NCBI GenBank assembly: GCA_030295235.1
Contig: AP026158.1
Span: 310,001 to 374,000, forward strand
Direction: 5' to 3'
Origin: Fistulifera solaris
Lineage: Eukaryota
Length of the DNA stretch: 64,000 bases
The translations under genes and the position numbers were made by a program. The notes beneath the pieces are model-generated. The model did no database searches. It was not told the DNA's origin and was given only the letters and a program-made list of their open reading frames with translations. Every line of letters starts with the position of its first letter. Within the stretch, counting starts at the first letter, position 1. Positions 36,221 to 48,436 of the stretch are shown here, in pieces.

Positions 36221-38067
36221 CTATGGCTCGTTATTGGCATCGTCATCCGATGCTGTTGCATTATCGGCATCAGTATCTGCCACGGCATCATCGACCCAGT
36301 CGTCGTTACTTAAAGTCGTCGTTAGGTCAGCGATAGCGTTGTCAAAATCTTCCGACGTAACCACACACTCTTCCATGAGAGAAATTCCCTCTGGATTCAA
36401 TGAAAAATCTTCTACTGAACGCTCTAGCGCATGACTCGCTGCCGCTCTCGTCACTCCGGTCAAGGCCGCTCCAGAAAAACCATCACATCGTTCGGCGAGT
36501 TTATGAAGCAATTCTTCATAGGATGGCAGTTCCTCACCTTTCAATGGATGTCTTTTTTCGCGAAGCGGCAGATACCGCCGGAGCATCCCGGACAAGAAGT
36601 CGTCCTGCCTGGTGCATATGCCTGGTATGAACCCGCAAAATACTGACGCGTTGTTCCGTTGTCCGAGGAGGTGGCACTTCGATTTGCACTTCAAATCTCC
36701 CCGGTCGCAACAAGGCTGGTTCAATCAAACTCCGTCGATTAGTTAATCCTATGACTAACGTCGGAACAACGAGCGGATCGACTCCGTCCATTTTCGCAAG
36801 CATTTGATTTACCACGCTATCGCGAGCAACTCCCGCATCCCCTTGGGTACTTGCTTTTCCGCCATTTCCTCCTCGCGCTCGGGCGATCGCATCAAATTCA
36901 TCCAGAACTGATACAGTAAGATTGAATAAGGAATCATACGGCCGAAAATCATCGAACTGCATGTACAGAATACTTACTGATGATATGAAGAGCAGCTTTC
37001 GAAATCGCTTCACCATTATCCGTTTCCCCGATCCGAAACGTGTCGTATATCGGAGGAGGATTGTCAAACAGCTCTCGCAAATTTTTCTCACTCGAACCGA
37101 CAAATTTATCCATGATTTCCGGACCCGATACGACCGAAATGGGTCTGAAGACATTGTGAGTAATCCAGAAAGGCGGTCAGCACTACGGATAGTTATAGTT
37201 GCGCAAAAGGACGTACCGCAGAGGAGACAAGATACGACCCAGTGTCCGGGCCACCAAAGTTTTTCCACACCCCGGCCGTCCGTACAACAACAAACCGCGG
37301 ACGGGATGGATCCCCAACTCGCGCAGCAAGGCTGGCGGAGCCGCCAAGGGAGTCCAGATGCGTCGCTTAATTTGTGATAAGACATCATCCAATCCACCAA
37401 TTGTGGCCGAGCACAATTCTGTATTCCAGGCACGGGCAACCCAACTCGACACTTTGATGGAAGCTTGCTCGTCTCGGTGGGTTTCAGATGTGGGTATTGT
37501 TGAAAGGGGTAGTGTAGTAAGTTGTTTCTGTAAAGTGACCTTGTCTTGTATAGATTGTTCTAAACGAGGAGATAGAGTTTGCCCTAACAGCGCATTATTT
37601 GGCTGGTTCGAGTCCTTGATGCGACGACTCAATGCCGAACGTTCATTTGCTTGCTGAAATGATTTCTCCCATTCTTGGCGTTCTTGCGCTTGTTGTTGTC
37701 GTCGTCTTTGTTCCGGCAAAGGCAAGCCCGCTCGTTGCAACAATCGCTCAGCTTGTTCTACTAACTCTTTATCGTGTGCTTGGGATTGTATTTGCTCTAA
37801 AACATTATACGCGCGCTGTTTTGTGGCAGGGTTTCCGGTCATGATCCATTTGTCCAAACAGGTGGTGAGATTGTCGTGAAGTCCTTGAATGTAGACGCGA
37901 TTTTTATCAGGTAATGTCTCATTATCGCTATTTCCTGACGTACAGAATACACGTTTTGGATGCGAAACGAAAGGGAGAAAAGCCACAGTGTCTGATAAGC
38001 AGGTGCACAGCATCAGACAAACGAAGCGACGTCGATTCGACGAAAAGGGTCTTTGAATGTTAGGCAT
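36221..38067 (-). CDS. Second NSF-D1-like AAA+ ATPase with bipartite plastid-type presequence (2 introns; frameshift about 36553-36558)
   Basis: GRPGCGKT. The spliced exon from 37144 gives VSGPEIMDKFVGSSEKNLRELF and ALHIIILDEFD, then IEPALLRPGRFE and FSGAALTGV. N-terminus FVCLMLCTCLSDTVAFLP. Confidence 0.85.
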
Positions 38068-39271
38068 AATAAACGTTGCACTGAAATGATAAGCAATGCA
38101 CTATATTCTGTTCCACAAAATCATTGAATGAGCAAACAGAGGTAACATAACAATTAAAAGATGAACGAAAGAGCGATGTTCGTGTTGATGTTGTCGCATT
38201 CCTCCTTCATCTCGACTTCTACCGGACGACAGCCGGACGCTAGAGTCGTTCCGGTATTGCTTCTGTAACAAATTAAGGAGTGAGATGCCTGTGTACTTTA
38301 AATACAGTAGACATGTACCGGATCGCACGTCTGATGTACAATGGACCTCGATTATTCGCTGAAAAGAATGCCACACCAAGAACGAGATTATGCCCTTTAA
38401 GATGGATTCCCGGATGCAACGCCGTATTACTACTTATGACCGTTTCTACATGTGCGGATGCCAGCTGATTTACGATTTCGTAAGTATTTCTTCAATTTTG
38501 ATTGTTTTCGATAAAAATTGCGAAATAAAAAGCGAAACTTATCATAATGTTGAAACAATATATGATTAAATCCTCTAACAGAGAATATTTTTCTTCAAGA
38601 AGATCTATAGAGCTGTCCACTCACTCAGTGATATAGAATATTATTTAATGGGACGAAAAACAGTGGCTTTTCGCCTGGGGGGCTTAAGAATCACTTAGTA
38701 ATTGAGGTCAAGGTCGATTTATGTCCTCTTTACCTAGACTGTGCTCTTGAATTTTCATCCAGTAAGCTTTAATGTGAGATGAACTGTAAAGACACTATCA
38801 ACATAAAGGTTTATGGTCCGATTCTCCACCCATCGCTAACTTATGATATGCCTTTTCTTTACATCCATTGACACTGAAGTTGTCTAAGTCCTGTCTTGTG
38901 TTTGAAACAGCATCCGTTTTCTTTACATTCTATCGTATAGTGATGTAACCACTGATTAACTTGTTTGTTCGATGATGTTCGATTTACCTGTCCATCATTC
39001 CCACTTGAAGAAGCAGCACGCTTCTTGCGGCACACTGCTCTGTAATATATGTTCCGGCAAGGGACTTCGTAGACTACAGTAATTTGAACGTGGAAAAGCA
39101 GAAAGAGCTGTGGCATGTGGCCTACCAGGTAGTTTTGAATGTGAGCACAGCGGCCTCAAATAATCATCGTCCACGAAAAATCGTTTGTTGTGTGTTGTGT
39201 TTCCATCCTGACTATTCTAAAACAACAAATAATACACTTTTTCAAAACAAGCGTCATAACAAATCGTTATC

Positions 39272-40381
39272 ATGAATACAGACTCATTAGATCAATCGCG
39301 TGCCATCACCGATAAGGACGAAAAGACGACGATGCGATGGGAAAGTGTTCGCAAACGGGGGATTGATAACAGCAATGCTGGTAAGACAACGAGGATACGT
39401 ATGACTCTTTCGAGCCGTGTTTACTAACCATCTCTGCAGCTGCAAAAGCTCCAAACGCGCCAAGCAAACTTCGAAAGAGATGATTCCGGTCAAAATGACG
39501 GCTAGTATGTTCAAAACCTTTCCTGAACGTATGATGGAAATTTTGGAGAAACCCAACTTGAAAGAAGCTATTTATTGGCTCGATGATGGCAAATCCTTCG
39601 GTTTGTTTCCGTACCCCTTCATCGGCAAAGTCTTGAACGTTTATTTTCAAGGCGCCAAGTTCGAGAGTTTTACCCGAAAACTGAATCGTAAGAACAACAA
39701 CGTAGCTACTGTCATGTGAAGGGAATTAATTGCGTGAGACTCACGAACTGTACTTGGATTTGTGCTCCGGCAGGCTGGGGATTCAAAAGGATTTTTGATG
39801 AAGAATACGATCCGGAGGCTTACATCTATCAGCATCCCATGTTTCAGAAAGGTCGTCCGGATCTTCTCAAGAATCTGTCGGGTGCGAAAACCAAGACTAA
39901 GCAATCATCCGAGGAGGAAAAAGTAAAGCCGCAACAGTTTACTGGGTCCCAAAACGCACCGATACTACCGCAACCATTCCATCCCAATGTTCCTACCATG
40001 CCCACGGCACTGATGCAAAGAACAATGGTGAATAACAACAACAACATGAGCGACTACAATCCGCTTTCGTCGAATCCCCAAATGCCATATTTTGTATCCA
40101 TTCCACAACCCGTGTCAAATCCTATAGCGGCCAATCCCATGCATTTGGAACAACAGCAGCGATACTTGGACCAACAGCGCTTTCAGCAGCAGCGTGCTTT
40201 GTTGGCGCAGTTGCGAGGAACCGTGAATGGACCGCAACAACAAGCCGTGTCGATGCAAGAATTGCAGCTGCTGCGCGCGCAAAATGCCGATCGAGTTCGC
40301 ATACTACAACAACTTCAACAACAGCAACAATTTCAGCGACAACAGCAGCAGAGAAATAATTACGCGCGACCTCCTATGTAG
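39272..40381 (+). CDS. HSF-type transcription factor (introns 39381-39439 and 39688-39773)
   Basis: TFPERM..AIYWLDDGKSF..FQGAKFESFTRKLNR|WGF..YQHPMFQKGRPDLL, with a Gln-rich C-terminus. Exon 1 needs a probable 1-nt correction at about 39444. Confidence 0.88.
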
Positions 40382-40536
40382 ATCGATTGACGATGGGGTC
40401 GTTTTGGGACCCAGACTATTGAGCGGCAGCACAGGAGCATGTTAGGTGTGCGGGTTTCGTCGGCACTTTTCGGACTTCTTGGGCCAGCAGTCGTTTAACC
40501 TTATAGCATAACTCATATATTCTTTCACAAACCATT

Positions 40537-42334
40537 TTAGGCTCCGTTTGACTTGATCACGCGAAGCCTCGCGTTGGCGTACTCCAGAACACGATTGATT
40601 TCTTCTTCCTCCTTGTGCGCCGGATTCTTCGGGCACAAACTATAAATGATCATTTGTATCACAATTTGACCCAACAATCCAATGACTCCCAAAAGGGACA
40701 GCATCTTTGGTTCGGTCACATACTGAGGCAACGAAAGAAACCAAATCAAAATACTCCATCGACCCATCTGGGCCATGCCCACCAGTGCCGGCGAGCTTGA
40801 CACCTTCCATGTGGCCCACAAATCTTTCCATCCATGATGGGCCAAAATCAAGATATCGAGACAAATCCAAACAATTGCCATACTACCGGAGAAAAGAATG
40901 GCAATGCGTTTCTGACGATCTTCGGTGTCGAGCGCATCGCTGGTTGCCCCGGCCAATGTGCGTTGGAAGAATACTGTACCCAACACCGATCGAGTGTTTT
41001 GGTGGTATTCGCCGTGGCGATCGTTGTGTTCATACACCAATTCGTACAACAACATTTTGTACGACGCCCCCAGTACTATCAACGATGCCGAGTAAAACAT
41101 CATGGTCGTCGTATGCAGAATGGCACCATAAATATTTCGCCGTAATGCGTGATGATCTGGATCATGTGGTTGCGAAAGGAAATGCAAATATTCCACCATG
41201 ATGATGGAAAGCACTCCAGCAAAGAATGTGATATAATAATCGGCATGATGCACCGGATCGACGATCAACAACGACAATACCGTTTCTCCCAGCATGAGCA
41301 TAATCCATTCTCCATAGCGATGAATGGCATATTCCACATTGATCGGAACGACCGATCTGTAACAAAGATGCGTTGTGTGAGAAGGACCAAATGAAAGAAT
41401 CAAAAGAAGCACTCCATTTACACCAACCTTTTGTGATCTCTTTGAAAGATGAAATCATTGATAAATTGCCGCACCGCATGATACAGTATAATCCACAAGG
41501 AGGAAGCAAGTAGCAAGTACATAACTACAGGATCTTCTTCTTCTTCTTCTTCTTCTTCTTCATTTGACTCCAGTCGACGACGAATATTCGTGAACTTTTG
41601 ACGTCCCGCATAGATCACCGCGGCCACAACCAAACCAAAGGGAACACCAATAATGTGCAGTGTCGTGACGGCCGTATCCCAGGCGGCTGGTTCCAATCCG
41701 ACGACTCGCTGGTGGGACAATGGTGGATCTATTTCATCTTCTTCTTCTTTCGGATCGACTTCTTCTTCTTCTTCCACTATTTCTTGTTCTACTTCTTTCT
41801 CATTCGTTTTCAATTGATTTTGGGGACAATATCTTTGACAATACATGATTTCCAAACACGAAATACCGTGCCACAACAAACCCATGGCGATGGCGACACA
41901 AAACCAGAATAGGTCCATAGAAGATGGGGAAGGCCTTATGTGCAAGACGGCACAGGCGACGGTTACGAATCGCAATGTTGACAAGACACTTTCGTAGAAA
42001 GTGCCTGTAGCAAAGAGAAATCGTCCGTCACGGAGTAATTGCAACATCCACAACGATTGGAGTGGTAAGAAATAGCCCAAAAAATAGAGTATTTCCGTAG
42101 TAGTAGGATCTTGTTGTAAAACGATCCCCAAATTGTAAGCCGCCGCAACGTAAAAGAGATCAAAAAGATATCTCCCCATTGTTTGTGCGTCAAATGTTGT
42201 TGTGGTTCCTGCCATCGATGTCGTTGTCGGGGGGCTTGATAGAACGCAAGGAGGAGGGGGAATGATGATGATTCTATGTTGAAGGAAGAACCGAGTCGTC
42301 GCAAGGGATGAGGCTCGACGAAAGGTGCGTTCAT
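40537..42334 (-). CDS. LtrA (low-temperature requirement A)-like multi-pass membrane protein (intron about 41427-41358; frameshift 42162-42166)
   Basis: WGDIF(F)DLFYVAAAY, HRYGEWIMLMLGETVLSL (LtrA-like ER.G..IL.LGE), HALRR and many TM helices. Confidence 0.75.
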
Positions 42335-42791
42335 TTCATTTCTTTACTACTATAAGATTGCTGGAAAGGAATAGGAGAGAAATAAAGTATCGAGAGAAAC
42401 AATCACTGAGAATCATTCGGGTCGTTCGTTCGGATGATACTTTGTTTATGCGCCATGCATGGTCGTTGTTTGTCGCGATGGAACACCAACGAAAAGATAC
42501 ATAGGTGCAACTGAAACTTTGTGCGACATTGTTTACCCTTGTCCAAAAAGGCGCGCTTGACCTGGCTGGCGCGCTGGGTCTGTCTGTCGTCAGTAACGGG
42601 CGCGCTTCTCCAAAACACATCTAAAACGACGGCGGCGGAGGATTGCGATTATAATAATATTGCATCGCATTGCACAATTGCAACAACAAAAGATCGCATT
42701 CCCCTCTCTCTTCCTTCCTTTCTATTCTTTCCTTTCCTTTCTTCTCTCTCTTTCTTCGAATACTATCACTATTAATATAATACAATATATT

Positions 42792-45371
42792 ATGACCGAT
42801 CAAACAGTTGTGTGGAAACACATTGGTTTACATGGTCATTCGATGGGAACTTTATCGTTGACAAAAGAACGCATCACGTGGAAAGGTGCTTTAACGGGCG
42901 GTGGTACCGCCGACGACGATTTCCAGGGAACCATGGTTCGCAATATACCTGCTTTGAGCATTAAAGGAGCTCAATGGACGGTTTTCGGAAGAAGTGGACA
43001 TTTGCGAATCCAAATTCAAGACGATAAATTACCACACGAATTGCGCTTCGATGGATTCCCCGCACAAGATATTGACATTTTAAAAGATGCCTTGCAACAA
43101 CAATACAATATTGCGATGCAATTGCATCCCATGTCGTCGGCGGGCACTCAATACGGTTTGACTTCCGTCAAGGGCAAACAATTAGTCTTCCGACATTGTG
43201 TATTGGATGAAATCAATGAAGAAGGACAAGAATTCGAGCCCCGACCCGAACACGAAATGATGTCACTTAATTTGGCCGAAGTCAGTCAATGTGTGTTGCC
43301 CGGAAACAATCGCAACGAAATTGAAGTACAATTTCCTGAATCTGATGCCGTCGAAGCCGGAACCGATCAGTTGGGTGCGTTCTGATACTGTGTTTTTTTT
43401 GTATTTTTTTGGATTCGTGTGGCTTTCTTATATACTCAACCATCGCATCGCATTGCATTGCATTCATACAGTCTCCATTCGCTTTTACATTCCTCCGGAT
43501 CTTGATGCCGATCCGTCCGATAAAACGGCTCCCACGGCGGCCGAATTGTTACAAGCCAAAATCATGGCCACGGCCCAAGTGCGTAAAACGACCGGTGATG
43601 TCATTTGTACCTTTGATGCCGCCAAGGGAACCTTCTTGACGCCCAGGGGACGGTACGGGATGGAATTGTACGATCGTTTCCTCCGATTACGAGGACAAAA
43701 GTACGATTATAAAATCAAATACGATGATATCAATCGTTTGTTCTTGTTGCCGAAACCCGATGAAGTCCACATGGCCTTTGTCATTGCGTTGGACAAGCCC
43801 ATTCGACAGGGACAACAGCGGTATCAATATTTGGTATTACAGGCACCGAAAGATCCCGATGAAGTGACCATTGCCTTGGACGAAGAAACGTTGGAAAAAG
43901 AGTACAAGGGAGAATTGCAACCCGTCATGCGCGGGTCGTTATCGAATCTCATTGCCAAGACGTTCAAGGTCATTTCCGGTAAAAGGTGTTTATTCCGGGT
44001 AAATTTGCCAATTCCAATGAACAGGCCTGTGTCAAATGTGCCGTTCGTGCCAACGAGGGGTTGTTGTATCCGCTCGAAAAACAATTTGTCTTTATTCACA
44101 AACCACCCATTATCATTCGTTTCAATGAAATTGAAAGTGTCGAATTTCAACGTTACGCCGGTGGACAGGGCAGCACGCGCAATTTTGATCTTTGTGTCAA
44201 TTTAAAAGATCCCGAACAAAGTACGAAGGAATACATCTTTTCCGGAATTGATCGATCCGATTACGCTGGATTGTACAACTTTTTGAATGGCAAACAAATT
44301 CCAATCAAGAACTTGCAAGGTAGTGGTTTCATGGAGGAAGACGAAGTCAAGACGAATCGGAAACCCGTATACAATGAAGACGAAATCTTTGGACCCGGTG
44401 GTGGTGGTGCCGAGGAAGAAGGATCGGACGATGAAGATTACGATGAGGATGCGGCCGCGGAAGATGAAGCTCCCGGTTCCAGCGATGACGATGATGACAG
44501 TGACGAACTCGATGATGATGAGATGGGATCCGAAGTGGATGAAGAGTTAGATTCAGATTTGGAAGAGCATCGCAAAGCTGGTGCAAAGACGAAAAAAGCC
44601 GCCAAGCGCAGTCGTGATAGTGACGATGACGAAGAAGTAGAGGAAAAACCCAAGAAAGGCAAAAAAGTCAAGAAAGATCCGAATCAACCGAAACGCGCTT
44701 TGTCGGCGTATTTGTTCTATATGACAAAGAATCGAGACAAGCTCAAGGCCGAAAAACCGGATTTGTCCTTTGGAGAGTTGGTACGTAATTGTGTTCTGGG
44801 TTTACTTGGTCATCTTTGCTCGTGATTCTTTTCTCATTGTTTTTCATGACATGTGATAGGGCAAAGAATTAGGCGCACGATGGAATGAAATGAGCGCGGC
44901 GGACAAGGCTCCGTATGAAGAAATGGCCTCGAAAGACAAGACCCGGTACGCATCCGAGATGAAAGAATACAAACCAACGAGGGACGCCGCCACCAAGAAA
45001 AAGAAAAAGAAAGATCCGAATGCACCAAAGCGTAGCAAGACCAGCTACATCTTCTTCGCGGACGAAATGCGTGTCAAGCTCAAAAGGAGCACCCTTCCAT
45101 GACGTTTGGTGAAACGGGCAAGAAAATTGGAGAAATGTTTCGTGCCTTGTCTGCGGACGAAAAGAAAAAGTACGAAGAAATGGCACAGAAAGACAAGGAA
45201 CGCGCCCGGAAAGAAATGGCGTCGTATAAGTCGGTCTTGGAGCAACAAAATGGCAGTGACAATGAGAACGATGACGACGACGACGACGATGACAGTAGCG
45301 ACGACAGTGATGGTGTCAACGACGCCGGTGGAGATCACGACAGCGACGATGACAGTGATGATAGTGACTAG
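42792..45371 (+). CDS. SSRP1: FACT complex subunit SSRP1 with two C-terminal HMG boxes (2 introns; frameshifts 43981-43984 and 45082-45085)
   Basis: LRFDGF, TPRGRY, LRGQKYDYKI, LDKPIRQGQQRY, EGLLYPLEK, an acidic region, and KDPNQPKRALSAY and KDPNAPKRSKTSY HMG boxes. Confidence 0.93.
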
Positions 45372-45455
45372 ACTGCTGCCAAACAATAATATATAAAATG
45401 ATAAAGACGACTCAAACGCAATTGTTTTGTGCTCATATTATGACATGGACTATCC

Positions 45456-46874
45456 TTATTCTCCTTCCGATCGCCATTCCTGTTCCAAATCGTAGACTAC
45501 TATATGATCATTGGTCAAGGAGCCTAAATACAATCGATTTTGATGCACCGTCACTCCTGATATCATTTGCACGACCGAAGCGGTCGGATCTTGAATGTAC
45601 TCGATGTGTCGTGTCTCCATATTGACACGAACTACCCCCGTATACTTGGGAACGACGGGCGGTGCGAGCGAATGTGGCAAATACCACAACAATGTTCGAG
45701 CCACTTGTTGTAGGATGGAAGGTAATTTCACCAACAGACGATGAATGGGACTGAATGCATTGACAATGGCTCCATAACAATACATGGTCCCTTTGTGCAC
45801 GGCACAATCGACATTATCGACGTATCCCGTCATGTCACCGGCATCCACCAAAATCTGTGGTTCCAAATAGTCGGATGGTTTCAATAATAGTGCGGAAGAT
45901 GTTTTTGTTGTTGACAATGAATAGTGCAACAACCGCGTTCCAAACGTTTCGGCCACAACCAACCATTTTTCGTGAACCGGATCGACGGCAATCCCATTGG
46001 CAAAATGAATACCATCGGCCAATATTCGTACTTGTCCCGTGCGGGGATTGTATTCACAAACGCGGCCCACTGCCTGACCACGAATGAGGTCGAGTTTGCT
46101 GGCATACATTGTATCCCAGACATATTTACCATTCTTACGTATGCGAGGGGGAGCAATGTCGGTGGAATCTGTAAAGTAAATATTGCCCGTTTGGGGACCC
46201 ACTGCCACGGCATTGACGTAACGCAAGGGTGATTCGTATGGAATGCCTTTTTCGGTCAAGACAGTGACGGTATTTGCGATCAATTCCACACGACTCTTTC
46301 TTTTGTTGTTGTCGTCGTAATGCCGCAGCCGCGTCAATCCCAACACAGCATCGGCAATATAAAGCGTGTGTTCGTGCGACGTATACCGTCCTCCCAAGGG
46401 TCGTCCGATGCCTAGTTCTTGAACGATGCGACTGTCGACGGTAGTATTACTACTAGTCGACGAAGAATCGATCTTTTCCTTGTTCTTCTTATTCTTTTTC
46501 TTTTGGTTCTTATCATCTACCAATAATTCGACTAATTTCCCGTCTTCAGTCAAGACCAAGATTTGTTGATGTTTGCCAATCACCACGGTTTCAGGTCCAA
46601 AGACTGGTTGCTGAAAGAACAGTTTGTGACTGTGCTGTTGCAACGATTGATTGCTGGAATCAATCTCCGCCGCACGAAAGATTGTCTTTGTTGAGGATCG
46701 CAGTAGTACACTTTTGTGACGAAAGAACCACAACAATAAGAGGCATACCAGCAAAGGCCGCGAAACGACCTTTTTTTGACGACGTTGTTGACGTTGTACG
46801 ATCTCGTACAATTGCGCGTCTTCCTGTTTCGCGGCGTACACAGCCGCCCGTCCACGACGATTGCGGAATGTCAT
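45456..46874 (-). CDS. Strictosidine synthase-like / APMAP beta-propeller, type II membrane
   Basis: GPET, GRPLGG, YIADAVLGL, IYFTDST, HFANGIAV, GYVDNV, LYLGSL. Confidence 0.9.
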   Translation of the reverse strand: MTFRNRRGRAAVYAAKQEDAQLYEIVQRQQRRQKKVVSRPLLVCLLLLWFFRHKSVLLRSSTKTIFRAAEIDSSNQSLQQHSHKLFFQQPVFGPETVVIGKHQQILVLTEDGKLVELLVDDKNQKKKNKKNKEKIDSSSTSSNTTVDSRIVQELGIGRPLGGRYTSHEHTLYIADAVLGLTRLRHYDDNNKRKSRVELIANTVTVLTEKGIPYESPLRYVNAVAVGPQTGNIYFTDSTDIAPPRIRKNGKYVWDTMYASKLDLIRGQAVGRVCEYNPRTGQVRILADGIHFANGIAVDPVHEKWLVVAETFGTRLLHYSLSTTKTSSALLLKPSDYLEPQILVDAGDMTGYVDNVDCAVHKGTMYCYGAIVNAFSPIHRLLVKLPSILQQVARTLLWYLPHSLAPPVVPKYTGVVRVNMETRHIEYIQDPTASVVQMISGVTVHQNRLYLGSLTNDHIVVYDLEQEWRSEGE

Positions 46875-47306
46875 TTTCTGCTAGAAAAAGAAAAAAAGAG
46901 ATAGTGATAGTGACAGTGATTGTGAAACAAAAAGAATGGTAAAGAGATAATAATAATAGTAAGAATGAATGATGAATGAATCGATCAGGTTTTGTGAGGT
47001 GCTCGCATCGGATACCAGGTACCTGGTAATACTCCGTGATATTGTAACCTGTAACCTTGTCGTTGAGTATAACATTGTGTCCTTCCGGTATTGTAAGTGC
47101 ACGCGCACCGCCCATTCCGTTTCCTCGCGCGGGTTTTTGCGCGATCTCCTCGTCTGTACGACATCCGTTAATCGTTTAGATGTTTTATTAGTATTCATTG
47201 CAAAACCACCACCAACAACAATAAGTCTTACATTTTATTTATCATTCGATTGATTCGTTCCTTTCCTTTCCTTAAAATTTACAAATATTTAAATACTCCT
47301 CTACAA

Positions 47307-47926
47307 ATGTTTCTATCAATGATTGGTTCATCGTTGCGTCCGCTCCCGCCATTCGCTACCACAATGATTATACGCTCGAAACATTCCTCGACACAAACGA
47401 AACGTTTGTTCAATCAACATCCCGCACGGTTGCGTTTGATGAAGCGTCTCGACAGTAAGGAGACAAATAATAATGATGACATCAAGCCCGCACTGCAATA
47501 TGCTCCGACATTTCATACACCGCATTTCTTACCGAATGGTTGGTCGGCACCGCCGTTGACCGAAATTCCCAAATATCCATTTCAAATTGCCCGTACGCGC
47601 AACAAACCCAACACGAAACATCGGTACGTTCAAAAAGAGAAAGAAAAAAGAAAACGAAATAATAATAATAAATAATAAAATCTTTTTTTTCTCTCTCTTT
47701 TCTCTCACACACTCGTTTCTCTCTCGGACACAGTAACGACGGGACGAAAATCACGACACGCATCAAACACGTCTCTGGAGATCGCACTCTGTTTTTGCAA
47801 GAATTACAAACGTTGTTGCCTTCGACAGTGGCCAAAGTGCGTGTACGAACGGGAGGAGGGACCATTGAAGTGAATGGCAATTACGCCCGCGTCATCCGAC
47901 AATGGTTGGCAGGATTGGGATTTTAG
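47307..47926 (+). CDS. MRPL49: Mitochondrial ribosomal protein mL49/Img2 (intron 47624-47733)
   Basis: Mitochondrial presequence, PNGWSAP, YPFQIART. Exon 2 is NDGTKITTRIKHVSGD...IEVNGNYARVIRQWLAGLGF*. Confidence 0.8.
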
Positions 47927-47927
47927 T

Positions 47928-47949
47928 AGAGAGAGAGAGAGAGAGAGAG
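47928..47949. repeat. (AG)n microsatellite directly after the mL49 stop
   Basis: About 11 AG units seen directly. Confidence 0.9.
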
Positions 47950-48436
47950 CGACATAGTGAATAATACTACCTTAATAGTGTTGTCTTGTGGTATGATCAC
48001 TAGTAACAGACGAAGGGACACAAGAGTATGTTGTCTTCTTGTCGTCTTCCTTGTCCTCTAGTAGAGACTCATAATAATAATATAATGATGTTCTGGGACG
48101 ACTCACTCATGCGTCGTTTTCCTAGAGCCTAGAGTGAGTACTTGTAGTTGTCTTTTTCGCTTCACGTTTTGTCCGTCGTACTACGCTACGTACCGACAAA
48201 GTAGGTACCGAGTCGCTGTCTGTACATCCATACGCTCCCCGCAGTTATTATTCTCGTTTGCCAAAAACGACGACAATGATTAAAAACGAAAAGAAAATAA
48301 AATTAAAAAAAAAAAAAACAACGATACGAAAACGATACCATTATTTTACAGCGGGGGCATTCTTCTTCTTCTTATTTCCTCCTCTCTTCTTAGAATATCA
48401 TCAAAATCGTATATTGCGTGTCTACGAAAAAAAGGG

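Noticed and set aside
29998..42334. Bacterial contamination or an HGT island (BirA-like, LtrA-like, PqiA-like genes)
   Set aside because: The genes carry eukaryotic presequences or introns and are interleaved with HSF, THOC2 and SSRP1, with no operon structure.
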